A DNA stretch of 64,000 nt, taken from assembly GCA_965656495.1 (NCBI GenBank), contig CBFHKU010000004.1:1-64000 (forward strand), read 5' to 3'. The notes beneath the pieces are model-generated. The model was not told where the DNA came from. It saw only the letters and a program-made list of their open reading frames with translations, and made no database searches. The position numbers and the translations under genes are program-made. Positions 21,264-32,018 of the stretch are shown here, in pieces. The stretch is from Coraliomargaritaceae bacterium (GTDB lineage: Bacteria; Verrucomicrobiota; Verrucomicrobiia; Opitutales; Coraliomargaritaceae). Position 1 is the stretch's first letter. Every line of letters starts with the position of its first letter.

Positions 21264-23000
21264 ATGGACATCATTGAAGTTAGCCTCTTTATCATCGCCG
21301 TTGTCGGCGTCATTGCCCTTGGAATCTGGAAAAGCCGCGACGAAGAATTGAGCGGCGAAAAAGGCGCGAGCGATTACTTCCTCGCCGGCCGCGGATTGAC
21401 CTGGTGGCTCGTGGGCTTCTCGCTCATCGCCGCCAACATTTCCACCGAGCAATTCGTGGGCATGTCGGGCGCCTCCGCCAACTGGTTGGGCATGGCGATT
21501 GCCTCCTATGAGTGGATCGCGGCAATCACGCTGATCGTGGTGGCGTTCTGGTTCCTGCCCAAATTCCTCAAGGCCGGGCTCTACACCATTCCGGAATTCC
21601 TCCAGTATCGTTTCGACGGCGTCGCGCGTCTCGCCATGGCAATCCCCGCGATCGTGACCCTCGTCTTTGTCACAACCTCCTCCGTGATTTTCTCCGGTGC
21701 GAAATTCGTCTCCGAATACTACAACACCGTCCCGGTTCTCAACAACCTCACCGCGGTGTGCTGGCTCATTGCCGCCTTCGCTGCGATCTATGTCTTCATC
21801 GGGGGCCTCAAAGCCTGCGCCTGGACCGACCTCATCTGGGGCTCGGCGCTCATTCTCGGTGGTGCGATTGTTATGTTCCTTGCCTTCAGTGTCCTTGCAG
21901 AAAAACCTGCCGAGGAATTGATCCTTACCAAAGTCTCCAATTCCGAAGCCACCGTTGAACAAATCGCGGAGGCCGGGGCATGGGAGCGCTTCATATTGCT
22001 CAATGATGGGGTCGATGGCGAAGCGGAGGCGCGTAACGGACCCAATGGATCCGGCGGCAAACTTCATATGGTTCGCCCCAAGGAGGATTCCGACATTCCC
22101 TGGACCGCGCTTTTGATCGGCTTGTGGATTCCCAACTTCTTTTACTGGGGGCTCAACCAATACATCGTGCAGCGGACCCTTGGATCGAAATCCCTCGCAG
22201 AGGGTCAAAAAGGTATCGTCTTTGCGGCGGGGCTTAAATTGCTCATTCCCTTCCTCGTGGTAATTCCCGGAATCCTCGCCTACAACCTCTTTTCCGGCGA
22301 CCTCCTGAACGCCGCCACCGGCGAATACGACTACGACCGCGCCTTCCCGGTGCTGGTGCGCAACCTCATCAAGCCCTTCCCCCTCATCTCCTGGTTTGTG
22401 CTCGCAGCGCTCAGTGGTGCCGTCATCAGCTCCCTCGCCTCCATGCTGAACTCCGCCTCGACCATTGCCACGATGGACCTCTATTCCAAGTTCAGCGGCG
22501 AAAAGAACCCCGCCAAACTCGTCAAAGTCGGTCGCGCATTTGTGGTTCTCTTTGTGATCCTCGCAGGATTTGTCGCGCCAAAGCTCGATAATTTCACCAG
22601 CATCTTTGCCTATATTCAGGAATTCCAGGGCTTCATCTCGCCAGGTATTCTCGCGGTCTTCATCTTCGGATTCTTCTCGCCGCGCACCCCGCGTTATTTT
22701 GGAGCGGTTGGCATTGGTCTCAATGTCGTGTCCTATGCTGGTTTCAAATGGCTCATTGGCCCTTGGCTCGTTTCCAAGGGTTGGTGGTATGCGGAACAAA
22801 TCGCCTTCCTCGATCGCATGGCAATCTGCTTCTTCATTGTCCTGCTCGCAGGGGTTATCCTTACGGTTCTCAAGCCCATGAAGGAACCGGTCGCGATGCC
22901 GGTCAACGATGCCATTGAATTGGAGTCTTCCAGAGGCGCTAAGGCGGTCGGCATTGGCATCGTCATTGCCACCCTCGCCCTTTACGTCTGCTTCTGGTAA
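21264..23000 (+). CDS. Sodium:solute symporter (sugar SSS family)
   Basis: DYFLAGR, SLIAANISTEQFVGMSG, YWGLNQYIVQRTL; polytopic; adjacent to xylose genes. Confidence 0.93.
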   Translation: MDIIEVSLFIIAVVGVIALGIWKSRDEELSGEKGASDYFLAGRGLTWWLVGFSLIAANISTEQFVGMSGASANWLGMAIASYEWIAAITLIVVAFWFLPKFLKAGLYTIPEFLQYRFDGVARLAMAIPAIVTLVFVTTSSVIFSGAKFVSEYYNTVPVLNNLTAVCWLIAAFAAIYVFIGGLKACAWTDLIWGSALILGGAIVMFLAFSVLAEKPAEELILTKVSNSEATVEQIAEAGAWERFILLNDGVDGEAEARNGPNGSGGKLHMVRPKEDSDIPWTALLIGLWIPNFFYWGLNQYIVQRTLGSKSLAEGQKGIVFAAGLKLLIPFLVVIPGILAYNLFSGDLLNAATGEYDYDRAFPVLVRNLIKPFPLISWFVLAALSGAVISSLASMLNSASTIATMDLYSKFSGEKNPAKLVKVGRAFVVLFVILAGFVAPKLDNFTSIFAYIQEFQGFISPGILAVFIFGFFSPRTPRYFGAVGIGLNVVSYAGFKWLIGPWLVSKGWWYAEQIAFLDRMAICFFIVLLAGVILTVLKPMKEPVAMPVNDAIELESSRGAKAVGIGIVIATLALYVCFW

Positions 23001-23008
23001 AAAGGATT

Positions 23009-24151
23009 TCAGGGGTTCGTCCGCGCAGCGCTGGCCTTGCGCCACTGCGTGGGCGATCGTCCCGTGATCCGGCGAAAGACCACCGCCAAACGCTCCGCAT
23101 CGTTAAAGCCGCACAACTCTGCGATCCGCGCAACGGGTTGGTTACTCCTGGAAAGGAGATCCTTGGCACGGTTTACCCGCATCCGGCAGAGCATTTCCCA
23201 GGGCGTGCAACGGTAGTATTCCCGAAACTTGCGCTCCACGGTGCGCCGCGCCAGCCGTAAATCCGCACAGAGCGAGCCCACATTGACCGGTTCGCTCAAA
23301 TGCTCGGAAAGATAGGACATGGCACGGCGGAGGGCGGGGTCGTCAACCACCAAATGACTGGCGGAATGCCGTAGCACCACTGACCCCGGCGCGATTAACA
23401 GGGGATTCGACGGCGGTGCCTCCCCATTCCGCAAACGCTGCATCCACTCCCCCACCAACACACCCAACTGCTCCCAGGGGATCGATACGCTCGACAACAT
23501 CGGGTAACTCAAACCGCAAACCAGTTCGTCATTATTGGCACCAATAACCGCGACCTGTTCCGGAACCGCGAGCTCCAAATTCTGGCAGGCACCACACAAG
23601 AATCGACCCAGCGGATCGTGTACCGCAAAAACCCCCACCGGTTTCGGCAAGGCCGACAACCATTCCAAAAGGGCTTTTCCGGGTTCGATGAATTGCTCAC
23701 TGTAACGCGCATCGGAAAAACCGGCTTCATTAAAGATCGGAACCTTCCTGCCCAAGGCGGTTTGGAAGCCCTCAATGCGTTGTTCCGAATAAGGCGTACC
23801 GTTTCCCAAGCAGGCAAAGCTCTCATAACCCGCCTGCCCAAAAGCATCCGCCGCCTCGCGCCCCACCGCCCAATCATCCACGTCCAAACTGACCGCACCT
23901 GAATATTTCAAATCCGTGTCCGCCACCACCGTTGGTATGCCCAAATCCAAAAGTTGATCGGTCACCTCCGGCAACCATTCCGTAATCAGACCGCTCGGCT
24001 TCATCTCGCGCAAACGTTCACAGAGCATTTCGATCGGGCGGTGAATACTCAGGATCTGGAAATCCTGCCGCCGACGTACATAGGGCATCAGGGACGGAGT
24101 CAGGCGCCGCAAAAACACCTCCGACATTACAATAGCCACCCGCTCGCTCAT
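23009..24151 (-). CDS. XylR-type regulator (LacI-like sensor plus AraC HTH)
   Basis: VPEQVAVIGANND sensor motif and C-terminal AraC HTH; divergent from xylA. Start at ATG 24151 (MSERV) preferred over 24202. Confidence 0.9.
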   Translation of the reverse strand: MSERVAIVMSEVFLRRLTPSLMPYVRRRQDFQILSIHRPIEMLCERLREMKPSGLITEWLPEVTDQLLDLGIPTVVADTDLKYSGAVSLDVDDWAVGREAADAFGQAGYESFACLGNGTPYSEQRIEGFQTALGRKVPIFNEAGFSDARYSEQFIEPGKALLEWLSALPKPVGVFAVHDPLGRFLCGACQNLELAVPEQVAVIGANNDELVCGLSYPMLSSVSIPWEQLGVLVGEWMQRLRNGEAPPSNPLLIAPGSVVLRHSASHLVVDDPALRRAMSYLSEHLSEPVNVGSLCADLRLARRTVERKFREYYRCTPWEMLCRMRVNRAKDLLSRSNQPVARIAELCGFNDAERLAVVFRRITGRSPTQWRKASAARTNP

Positions 24152-24274
24152 CTTTTCAGACTGTAGCAGCTTTTGACGCAAATCAACAGAATTGATACGC
24201 ATTATGCGGTTTTCAGTCCACGCTACCTGCGATACTATCCACCTTTAAACCATTAACTGATCAACTCAATCACC

Positions 24275-25579
24275 ATGCAATACTTCGACTGCGACAAAAT
24301 CCAATACGAGGGCCCCAATTCCAAAAACCCGCTCGCCTTCAAACATTATGACGCGGAGGCGCTCATCGATGGAAAATCCATGAAGGATCACCTACGATTT
24401 GCAGCGCCCTACTGGCACGTCATGCGCAACGTCCTCTCCGACCCCTTTGGCGGCGGCACTGCCCAGATGCCCTGGGATGACGGTTCCGACTCCGTTGAAA
24501 ATGCCCTCAATCGCGTCGACGTCTTCTTTGAATTCCTGAACAAAATCGGGATTGAATACTACTGCTGGCACGACCGCGACATAGCCCCCGAACTCAACGA
24601 TCTCAGTGCCTCCAACGCCGCGCTGGATGCGGTCGTTGCAAAGCTCAAAGCGAAACAAGCCGAAACCGGGGTACAACTGCTTTGGGGTACCGCCTGCCTG
24701 TTCAGTCATCCGCGTTATTCGCAAGGTGGTGCGACCTCGCCAGATGCCGCCGTTTATACCTACGCCGCCGCGCAGGTTAAAAAAGCACTCGAATGCACCA
24801 AAGAACTCGACGGTCTCGGTTACACCTTCTGGGGTGGTCGCGAAGGCTATGCCACCCTCCTCAACACCGACATGAAGCGCGAACTGGATCACCTCGGCGC
24901 CTTCCTTCACATGGCGGTCGATCACGCCAAGAAGATCGGCTTCGACGGCCCCTTCTACATCGAGCCAAAACCCCGCGAGCCCTCCACTCACCAATACGAC
25001 TCCGACGCGGCGGCTTGCCTGAACTTCCTGCGCGAATACGGACTCATGGATCATTTTAAACTCAACATTGAGACCAATCACGCCACCCTCGCCGGTCATA
25101 CCATGGAGCACGAACTCACCGTCAGCGCCAACGCCGGAATGCTCGGCAGTATCGATGCGAACCGTGGTGACGAACTGATCGGTTGGGACACAGACCAATT
25201 CCCCACCGATATCTACCTCACCACCCAAGTGATGCTCTGCGTGCTCAAGATGGGCGGCTTGACCACCGGAGGCCTTAACTTTGACGCCAAACGTCGCCGC
25301 GAATCCCACGAGCCCATCGACCTCATGCACGCCCATATCGGCGGAATGGACGCCTTTGCGCGGGGGCTCAAGATCGCGCACGCCATCCGTGAAGACGGGC
25401 GTCTCGAGCAGTTCGTGAAGGATCGCTATGCGAGCTTCGACAGTGCACTCGGCGCGGAAATCGAATCCGGCAAGTGCAGTTTCGAGACCCTCGAAAAAGC
25501 AGCCCTTGCAAATGGCGAACCCGTCCTCGCCAGCGGTCGTCAGGAAATGCTTGAAAATCTCGTCAACGAATTCCTGTAA
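24275..25579 (+). CDS. xylA: Xylose isomerase (class II)
   Basis: [47 protein letters not shown]. Confidence 0.98.
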   Translation: MQYFDCDKIQYEGPNSKNPLAFKHYDAEALIDGKSMKDHLRFAAPYWHVMRNVLSDPFGGGTAQMPWDDGSDSVENALNRVDVFFEFLNKIGIEYYCWHDRDIAPELNDLSASNAALDAVVAKLKAKQAETGVQLLWGTACLFSHPRYSQGGATSPDAAVYTYAAAQVKKALECTKELDGLGYTFWGGREGYATLLNTDMKRELDHLGAFLHMAVDHAKKIGFDGPFYIEPKPREPSTHQYDSDAAACLNFLREYGLMDHFKLNIETNHATLAGHTMEHELTVSANAGMLGSIDANRGDELIGWDTDQFPTDIYLTTQVMLCVLKMGGLTTGGLNFDAKRRRESHEPIDLMHAHIGGMDAFARGLKIAHAIREDGRLEQFVKDRYASFDSALGAEIESGKCSFETLEKAALANGEPVLASGRQEMLENLVNEFL

Positions 25580-25602
25580 ACCAAGCTTTCGACGAGCGCG
25601 CT

Positions 25603-27159
25603 ATGTATACCCTTGGACTCGACGCCTCTACTCAGAGTTTTTCCGCGGTGGTCATTGATGCCGCAGAAGGCTCGATCGTGGCAGAGCACGCCATCAACTT
25701 CGGGCAACACCTCCCGCAGTATAACGCGCCGCAGGGTTTTATCCCAAACGGCAAAAACGGCGAGGTGCATGCCGACCCCCGGATGTGGCTCGACGCCTTG
25801 GAACTCCTGCTAGAGGACCTCGGTAAACTATGCGACCTTTCCAAAATCAGCGCAATTTCCGGTGCCGGACAACAACACGGCTCGGTCTATCTCAAGGAGG
25901 ATTGGTTTAGAATACTCTCGGAACTCGATCCCGAAAAGACGCTGGCCGCACAAATCGGGCCATGCCTCTCCCGTGAGACCGCTCCGATCTGGATGGATAG
26001 CTCCACCGGCGAGGAATGTCGCGAAATTGCTGCGGAAGCAGGGGGCGATACTACAGTGTGCGCGCGCTCGGGGTCGATTGCGATCGAGCGTTTCACCGGC
26101 CCGCAAATCCGGCGTTTCTACAAAACCGAACCCGCCGCCTACGACGCCACCGCCCGCATTCATTTGGTCAGTTCCTTTATCGGTTCGGTGCTGTGCGGCA
26201 GCGACACCCCCATTGATACCGGTGATGCCTCAGGCATGAATCTCATGAATTTGGAGCATTGGGACTGGGACCCAAAACTCCTCCACGCCACCGCACCGAA
26301 TCTAGTTGATAAACTGCCACAGGTGAAACCCGCAAAAACGCAGGCGGGCACCCTCTCCCCTTTCTTTACCAAGAAATTCGGTTTAGCCGAAAACATCCCG
26401 GTGACGCTTTTCACCGGAGACAATCCCAGTAGTCTAGTCGGAATGGGCGCCAGCCAGCCGGGCAAAATCGTAGTCTCTCTGGGCACCTCCGACACTTTCT
26501 TCGCGGCGATGCCGGAAGTGGTTGCGGACCCCGATGGCTGCGGTCACGTCTTTGGGAATCCCATGGGCGGCTCGATGTCGCTGCAGTGTTTCGTCAACGG
26601 TTCCCTTGCCCGCGAGGCCGTGAAAGACAAATTTCACTTCGACTGGGATCAATTCACCGCAGCGCTGAAACATACCGAGGCCGGAAACGGTGGGCAGGTC
26701 ATGCTCCCCTTCTTTCGCCCCGAGATCAGTCCGCGGCTGGATCGCGATGAACCGCTCCTCGACGGGGGCGACGCCTTTTGCAATTGGCAGGAAGCGGAAG
26801 CGGCAATACGCGCCTGCGTGGAAGGTCAATTCCTCAACATGAAACGTTGCAGTACGTGGATGCAGCTCCAGCCCGATACCATTTACCTCACCGGTGGCGC
26901 TTCAAAAAATGATGCCATCGCGCAAATCCTTGCCGATGTTTTTCAGGTGCAGGTACAACGCTTGGCGGTCAGCGGTTCAGTCGCCCTTGGTGCGGCAATG
27001 CGCGCCGCCTGCCAGAGTGGTCTGGCGACGCTCGATGAATTGGAGGAACGTTTCTGCGCTCCCCAACCCGATAGCCTCCTGACTCCGAGAGTCGCACCCG
27101 GGCATTACGATATCGCTGCGGAAAAACTCGAAAAGCTCCTGCAGACCGCCGAAGGGTAA
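25603..27159 (+). CDS. xylB: Xylulokinase (FGGY family, eukaryote-like subtype)
   Basis: LGLDASTQS, SGAGQQHGSVY, ERFTGPQIRR, SLGTSDT, TGGAS; directly after xylA. Confidence 0.88.
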   Translation: MYTLGLDASTQSFSAVVIDAAEGSIVAEHAINFGQHLPQYNAPQGFIPNGKNGEVHADPRMWLDALELLLEDLGKLCDLSKISAISGAGQQHGSVYLKEDWFRILSELDPEKTLAAQIGPCLSRETAPIWMDSSTGEECREIAAEAGGDTTVCARSGSIAIERFTGPQIRRFYKTEPAAYDATARIHLVSSFIGSVLCGSDTPIDTGDASGMNLMNLEHWDWDPKLLHATAPNLVDKLPQVKPAKTQAGTLSPFFTKKFGLAENIPVTLFTGDNPSSLVGMGASQPGKIVVSLGTSDTFFAAMPEVVADPDGCGHVFGNPMGGSMSLQCFVNGSLAREAVKDKFHFDWDQFTAALKHTEAGNGGQVMLPFFRPEISPRLDRDEPLLDGGDAFCNWQEAEAAIRACVEGQFLNMKRCSTWMQLQPDTIYLTGGASKNDAIAQILADVFQVQVQRLAVSGSVALGAAMRAACQSGLATLDELEERFCAPQPDSLLTPRVAPGHYDIAAEKLEKLLQTAEG

Positions 27160-27275
27160 AAATTTGAGTCGCATTTGAATATTGCGCTCGTTGTGATTAT
27201 TTAAACGCTTTGACTTTTGCATGCCCGGCTTGCCGGTGAATTGAACCCACAACAGACCCATACCAAGGATATACC

Positions 27276-28586
27276 ATGACTCAAAATACGACTCCCGGAT
27301 TTGGAACACGTGCCCTCCACGCAGGACAAGAACCCGACCCCGCAACCGGATCGCGCGCCGTTCCGATCTATCAAACCACCAGCTATACTTTCCGTGATAC
27401 CGATCACGCCGCGAAACTCTTTAGCCTCGAGGAACTGGGCAACATCTACACCCGCATCATGAACCCTACCACCGACGTGCTTGAAAAACGCGTCGCCGCC
27501 CTCGAAGGCGGGGTAGCGGGACTCGCGCATGCCAGCGGTCAGGCAGCCATCACAAGCGCCATTCTAAACATCGCGCAAGCCGGTGACAATATCGTCTCCG
27601 CTTCCCAACTCTACGGCGGTACTTACAGCTTATTCAAATACACCCTCCCAAAACTCGGCATCGAGGTCCGTTTCGCGGATGCGGAGGATCCCGAAAGCTT
27701 TAAACCGCTCATCGACGATAAGACCAAAGCCATTTACGGTGATTCCGTAGGTAATCCCAAACTCAACATCTTCCCCTTCGAAGCAGTCTCCGCAATCGCC
27801 CGCGAAGCTAAGCTTCCTCTCATCATTGACAACACCGCCGCCTCCCCGGCGGTTTGCCGTCCCCTTGAGCACGGTGCCAACATCGTCATTCACAGTCTCA
27901 CAAAATTCATTGGTGGACACGGAACCAGCATCGGCGGAATGGTCGTTGACGGTGGCAACTTCGACTGGGGCAGCGGACGCTTCAATGAATTCACCGAGCC
28001 CGACAACAGCTATCATGGTCTTGTTCACTGGGATGTCTTCAAATCCTTCCCTCCCGCCGGTGGCGCCAATATCGCCTACATCATGAAAATGCGCCTCCAG
28101 TGGCTTCGCGACACCGGTAACTGTGCCGCGCCCTTCAATTCCTTTCTTCACTTGCAGGGACTCGAGACCCTCCATCTCCGCATGGAGCGCCATTGTGCGA
28201 ATGCCCTAAAAGTCGCGGAATTCCTCAAAGCCCATCCGCAGGTCGCCTGGGTCAACTATCCCGGACTCCCCGAGAGCCCGCACCATGAACCCGCGAAACA
28301 ATATTTCACCGAGGGCAATTTCGGAGCACTCGTTGGCTTTGGCTTGAAAGGTGGACTCGAAGCAGGCCGTACCTTTATCGACAGCCTCGAACTCTTCAGT
28401 CACCTCGCCAATATCGGCGATGCCAAATCCCTCGCGATCCACCCCGCAACCACCACCCACCAACAACTCGATGAGGAACAACAAGCCTCTACCGGTGTGA
28501 CCGCGGATTTTGTCCGTCTCTCGGTTGGAATCGAGGATGCGGTGGATCTCCTCGCGGACCTCGAGCAGGCCCTAGGCAAGGTCTAA
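27276..28586 (+). CDS. metY: O-acetylhomoserine aminocarboxypropyltransferase (sulfhydrylase)
   Basis: [30 protein letters not shown] (PLP Lys), [19 protein letters not shown]. Confidence 0.93.
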   Translation: MTQNTTPGFGTRALHAGQEPDPATGSRAVPIYQTTSYTFRDTDHAAKLFSLEELGNIYTRIMNPTTDVLEKRVAALEGGVAGLAHASGQAAITSAILNIAQAGDNIVSASQLYGGTYSLFKYTLPKLGIEVRFADAEDPESFKPLIDDKTKAIYGDSVGNPKLNIFPFEAVSAIAREAKLPLIIDNTAASPAVCRPLEHGANIVIHSLTKFIGGHGTSIGGMVVDGGNFDWGSGRFNEFTEPDNSYHGLVHWDVFKSFPPAGGANIAYIMKMRLQWLRDTGNCAAPFNSFLHLQGLETLHLRMERHCANALKVAEFLKAHPQVAWVNYPGLPESPHHEPAKQYFTEGNFGALVGFGLKGGLEAGRTFIDSLELFSHLANIGDAKSLAIHPATTTHQQLDEEQQASTGVTADFVRLSVGIEDAVDLLADLEQALGKV

Positions 28587-28730
28587 ACAAGCGACGCTTT
28601 ATCAGCTTGCCGCGCCGGACATCAATCCGGCGTCGGCTTGCGGTTCGTCATAGAGGCGGCGAAAGGCCGCTTATTTCGATGTATGCAACGCAGCGGTCCC
28701 GGCTCCGGGTTCAATGACTGAAGTGACTCG

Positions 28731-31700
28731 TTATTGGGGCACGATTCGCAGGAAGCCACGGCTCCCGCTTGTGCTAATCGATGACTCTTTGATGGTCTTG
28801 TGCCCTTGCGTGGTACTGTTGCTGGTGCTCACCCCAGTTGTAGTCCAACTATTTGGAGTAAGATCGGTACTGGTTTCAGCCGCAACAGCGAGATCATTGC
28901 GATCCGTTACGACGGGATAGGTAATCTTGAGTTGCCCGGAAATAACACGGCTTGTAATCGGACTTACATCGCTCACATAGGGATGGGTGCCGAAGGCGTA
29001 TTCCAACTCGTTCTTGATGCCATCTTTGTCCGGATCCTGACCATCGAGCAACTCGGTGGCCGTACGACCGGGAGCGGCGTACTGGGAGCGCCATGCCGCT
29101 TGGGTCGTAGGATAGCTTGCAGGCGCATCGGAGGCGCTCTCACTCCAGCCGTCTCCACTGTAGGTGCTGTCGTTATCGTTCAGGAGTGCCGAAAGTTCCG
29201 CAATCAATGCGCTGTAGTCAACCCCACCTGAAACAACTGCCAAATTCACAGTTTCCCCGGGATCATTCACGTAATCATAGAGCTCGACAAAGCTGGGTTC
29301 CGTCACGCCCGTATCGATCGTGTGGATGTTTAACTGAGCGGATGTTTCCCCACCGTTGAAGATTGGATAGTTGTTTGCAGTAGTCCGCCACCACTCGGTG
29401 TAGCGATAGCGCTCGGTGCGAATACTGTAACCCATCCCCCAGCCCGAACCGGCGGCGCTCAGAGCGGTGTCACCGGATTTATTCGCCGAAATCGAGCGTT
29501 GATACTGACTGTACGCCGCCTCTTTCCAGGGCTGATTGGGATCTTCCAAGAGCGGCAGGAAACTCGTGCCTTCCAGACTGTGGGAACTGGTCGTTGAGAC
29601 CGGCAAGGAACAGAGATCCAGAAGGGTTGGATAAATATCAACCAATTCCACCGGGGCAGTGGTCGTTGTTCCGGCGGTTCCGAGATTGCTCAAATCCGGA
29701 GTGCTCACTATGAGCGGTACACGGGTCGAAATCTCAAAGTTGTTATGCTTTGCCATGAAGCCGCCGTGATCACCGAGGTGGAATCCGTGGTCGCCCCAGA
29801 CAACAATGATGGTGCTGTTGACGATTGAGTCGCTGGTATTTGAGTCTCCGTTTGGATCTTCCAGCGCGTCCAAGAGTTTGCCCAATTGTGCATCGATAAA
29901 GGAAACACAGGCGAGATAACCGTGAATCAAATGGCGAAGTTCCGCTTGGGTGGGCGCCGGTTCGTTGTGGTCGGCATTAGTCAAACCGGTGGACCCCCAG
30001 GTTCCGGTCAATTCCGGAACGAAATCAGCCGCATCATTAACTGGATCACCCACGCCGTAATCAAACGGTTCGCCACCAAAGGGTGCGGTAAAACGATTCG
30101 TGCCCTGCGGCATGGTGCGCGTGCCATCGTAACCGGTCAAATCTATGATACTGGGATCGTATAAATCCCAATAAGTCTTGGGACAATTGAACGGCAGGTG
30201 CGGCTTTTGAAAACCGACCGCAAGGAAGAACGGCGTACCTGAACTTTGGTATGCTGCGGCGTAGGTCGCGATCCGATTGACACCTTCTTCGGCATTGGCG
30301 CCGTCCTTGTAGTCCGAGTCCGTGATGGGAGAACCGTTCCGTTTGTATTCACCAACATCCGTTGCGGAAATGTTACCATTGCCGGCATCCTCCTGAGCGG
30401 CCTTGTCGTATGTTCCATAAACGGAGCTATTGCTGCCATCTTCGTAATACTTGTGAACTGAACTGCCGGGGTTTTGCCAACCGGCATTCCAGGAAGTGAC
30501 GCCCCAGGTTCCGACGCTATTGTCCTGCTTCACATTAGTCATGCCGTGGAAGACTTTGCCAATGCCATGAACGGTGTAGCTGTTAGCGCCGAACTGTTGC
30601 GGGAGCGTGACTGCATTGGGAACCGTATTGCGGAAAGTCGTTCTCAAATTCCAGCATTTGGTGGTGTCGGGACGTAAGCCGGTCAGCATGGAGGCGCGGG
30701 AAGCGTTACAGATTGCCTGCTGGCAATGGGCATTGAGGAAGGTCACGCTGGAGGCTGCGAGTCGGTCAAAGTTGGGGGTGATGGGCCGGAGGGGATCATC
30801 CTCGCCATAGTGATTCAGCAGGGGTCGCAAGTCGTCGATCGGAATGAAGAGGACGTTGTAACTACCGGTAGCATGGACGCGGGTACGCCCCGTAAGGGCA
30901 GCGCCCTCCAAAATGGAAATGGTGACGGTTTCATTTTCCTGGTTCGCGCCGTCCACCATTTCAACGACCACCGTATAGGATGACTTCGTGGCGTAGACCG
31001 GAGGACTGTTAAAGCTCAGCACCCCGCTGCTGGAAATACTGAAATCCGACGCATCGGCACCGGAAAGGCTGTAAGTGGTATTGCCCGCCTCAAAGCTCGG
31101 TGTGTAGGTAGCCACGGTGGTGCGCATTTCCAAAACTTCATTCGTTGAAGTGCTGGTCGTTGCTCCAACAACTGCTTGAGCGGTAAACTCCTTCACCCCA
31201 ATATTGACGCCTTGTGACGGGTTTGAGCCACGCACTGCATCCAAACGAAAGCCAACCCAGGTAATCCCGTCAAAAGTAGGTGTTGACCCAGAACCAATCG
31301 TACCGGCACCCACCTGTGCATCGTTGGAGCTGGGAGTGAAGCTTGAATACGTCAAACCAGTGGTGGCTTCATACGAAAAGGATGCACCTGACGTGATGGT
31401 TTGCGGATTGGAAATATGGTAACCGGAACTGTCTTTAATCACAATTCGGATCGTGGCAGAAGAAGTGGCATTACTGGCATTCAAGCTACCAAATGAGCCG
31501 CTGATCGTATCATTCGCCGCATCCATTTTAACGGCACCGGAACTCAGCGCGAGGAAGTCGGATTGCTTGAATAGGAAAAGACCCGAGCAAATTTCACCCG
31601 TGGTACCGGCACCGCTATTCCAACGCAAACGAAGCCCACTGCCGCTAACACCATTGGCACCCCATAAACTGTTGCCACCTTCTTCAAATCCGCCATGCAC

Positions 31701-31895
31701 CGGTTGACCGGTATAACCGGAGCTCGTGCTCGAATTTAAAGTTTCGGTCGATTCATTGAAATTCGTATCTGAATCGAGTGAGACATTCGAAGAAATTGAG
31801 GTCGCATTGAAATTGATAATTTGAGCACCTTTGAGGGATACAGAAACAAAGGTGAGTGCAGTGAGCACCAGTAGGTAAACTGAGGTTTTATGCAT
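28731..31895 (-). CDS. Large secreted multidomain sulfatase (iduronate-2-sulfatase-like catalytic domain)
   Basis: Likely start ATG 31895 (MHKTSVY..., signal peptide). Ser/Thr/Gly-rich N-domain, cadherin-like repeat (YSLSGADASDFSIS..G.LSF), DDLRP, CNASR, KPHLPF, GDHG, and a C-terminal DPDKDGIKNELEYAFGTHP...FLRI domain. Confidence 0.9.
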   Translation of the reverse strand: MHKTSVYLLVLTALTFVSVSLKGAQIINFNATSISSNVSLDSDTNFNESTETLNSSTSSGYTGQPVHGGFEEGGNSLWGANGVSGSGLRLRWNSGAGTTGEICSGLFLFKQSDFLALSSGAVKMDAANDTISGSFGSLNASNATSSATIRIVIKDSSGYHISNPQTITSGASFSYEATTGLTYSSFTPSSNDAQVGAGTIGSGSTPTFDGITWVGFRLDAVRGSNPSQGVNIGVKEFTAQAVVGATTSTSTNEVLEMRTTVATYTPSFEAGNTTYSLSGADASDFSISSSGVLSFNSPPVYATKSSYTVVVEMVDGANQENETVTISILEGAALTGRTRVHATGSYNVLFIPIDDLRPLLNHYGEDDPLRPITPNFDRLAASSVTFLNAHCQQAICNASRASMLTGLRPDTTKCWNLRTTFRNTVPNAVTLPQQFGANSYTVHGIGKVFHGMTNVKQDNSVGTWGVTSWNAGWQNPGSSVHKYYEDGSNSSVYGTYDKAAQEDAGNGNISATDVGEYKRNGSPITDSDYKDGANAEEGVNRIATYAAAYQSSGTPFFLAVGFQKPHLPFNCPKTYWDLYDPSIIDLTGYDGTRTMPQGTNRFTAPFGGEPFDYGVGDPVNDAADFVPELTGTWGSTGLTNADHNEPAPTQAELRHLIHGYLACVSFIDAQLGKLLDALEDPNGDSNTSDSIVNSTIIVVWGDHGFHLGDHGGFMAKHNNFEISTRVPLIVSTPDLSNLGTAGTTTTAPVELVDIYPTLLDLCSLPVSTTSSHSLEGTSFLPLLEDPNQPWKEAAYSQYQRSISANKSGDTALSAAGSGWGMGYSIRTERYRYTEWWRTTANNYPIFNGGETSAQLNIHTIDTGVTEPSFVELYDYVNDPGETVNLAVVSGGVDYSALIAELSALLNDNDSTYSGDGWSESASDAPASYPTTQAAWRSQYAAPGRTATELLDGQDPDKDGIKNELEYAFGTHPYVSDVSPITSRVISGQLKITYPVVTDRNDLAVAAETSTDLTPNSWTTTGVSTSNSTTQGHKTIKESSISTSGSRGFLRIVPQ

Positions 31896-32018
31896 AGTAA
31901 TTATTAGTAAACAGCAGTGAAGTATCGCATGCGGCGGTAGTTTCAGCAATGCCACTTCCTGAACCAAAAAAGTAAAATTATGATACTACCCGGCGCTCAG
32001 CCGACTCCCGCTTAAGCC

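Noticed and set aside
24152..24274. XylR operator upstream of xylA
   Set aside because: Only a 5-bp ACGCA repeat at 21-bp spacing; too weak to call.
27160..27275. SAM-II/SAM-V riboswitch upstream of metY
   Set aside because: GCATTTGAA resembles the SAM-V loop, but the downstream CTAAA pseudoknot strand next to the start codon is missing. An Infernal/Rfam scan would settle it.
27276..28586. metY as a functional part of the sulfatase locus (sulfur recycling)
   Set aside because: No sulfate uptake or reduction genes are nearby; adjacency alone is insufficient.
28590..28730. Structured ncRNA between metY and the large sulfatase
   Set aside because: Two GC-rich hairpins between convergent genes are adequately explained as terminators.
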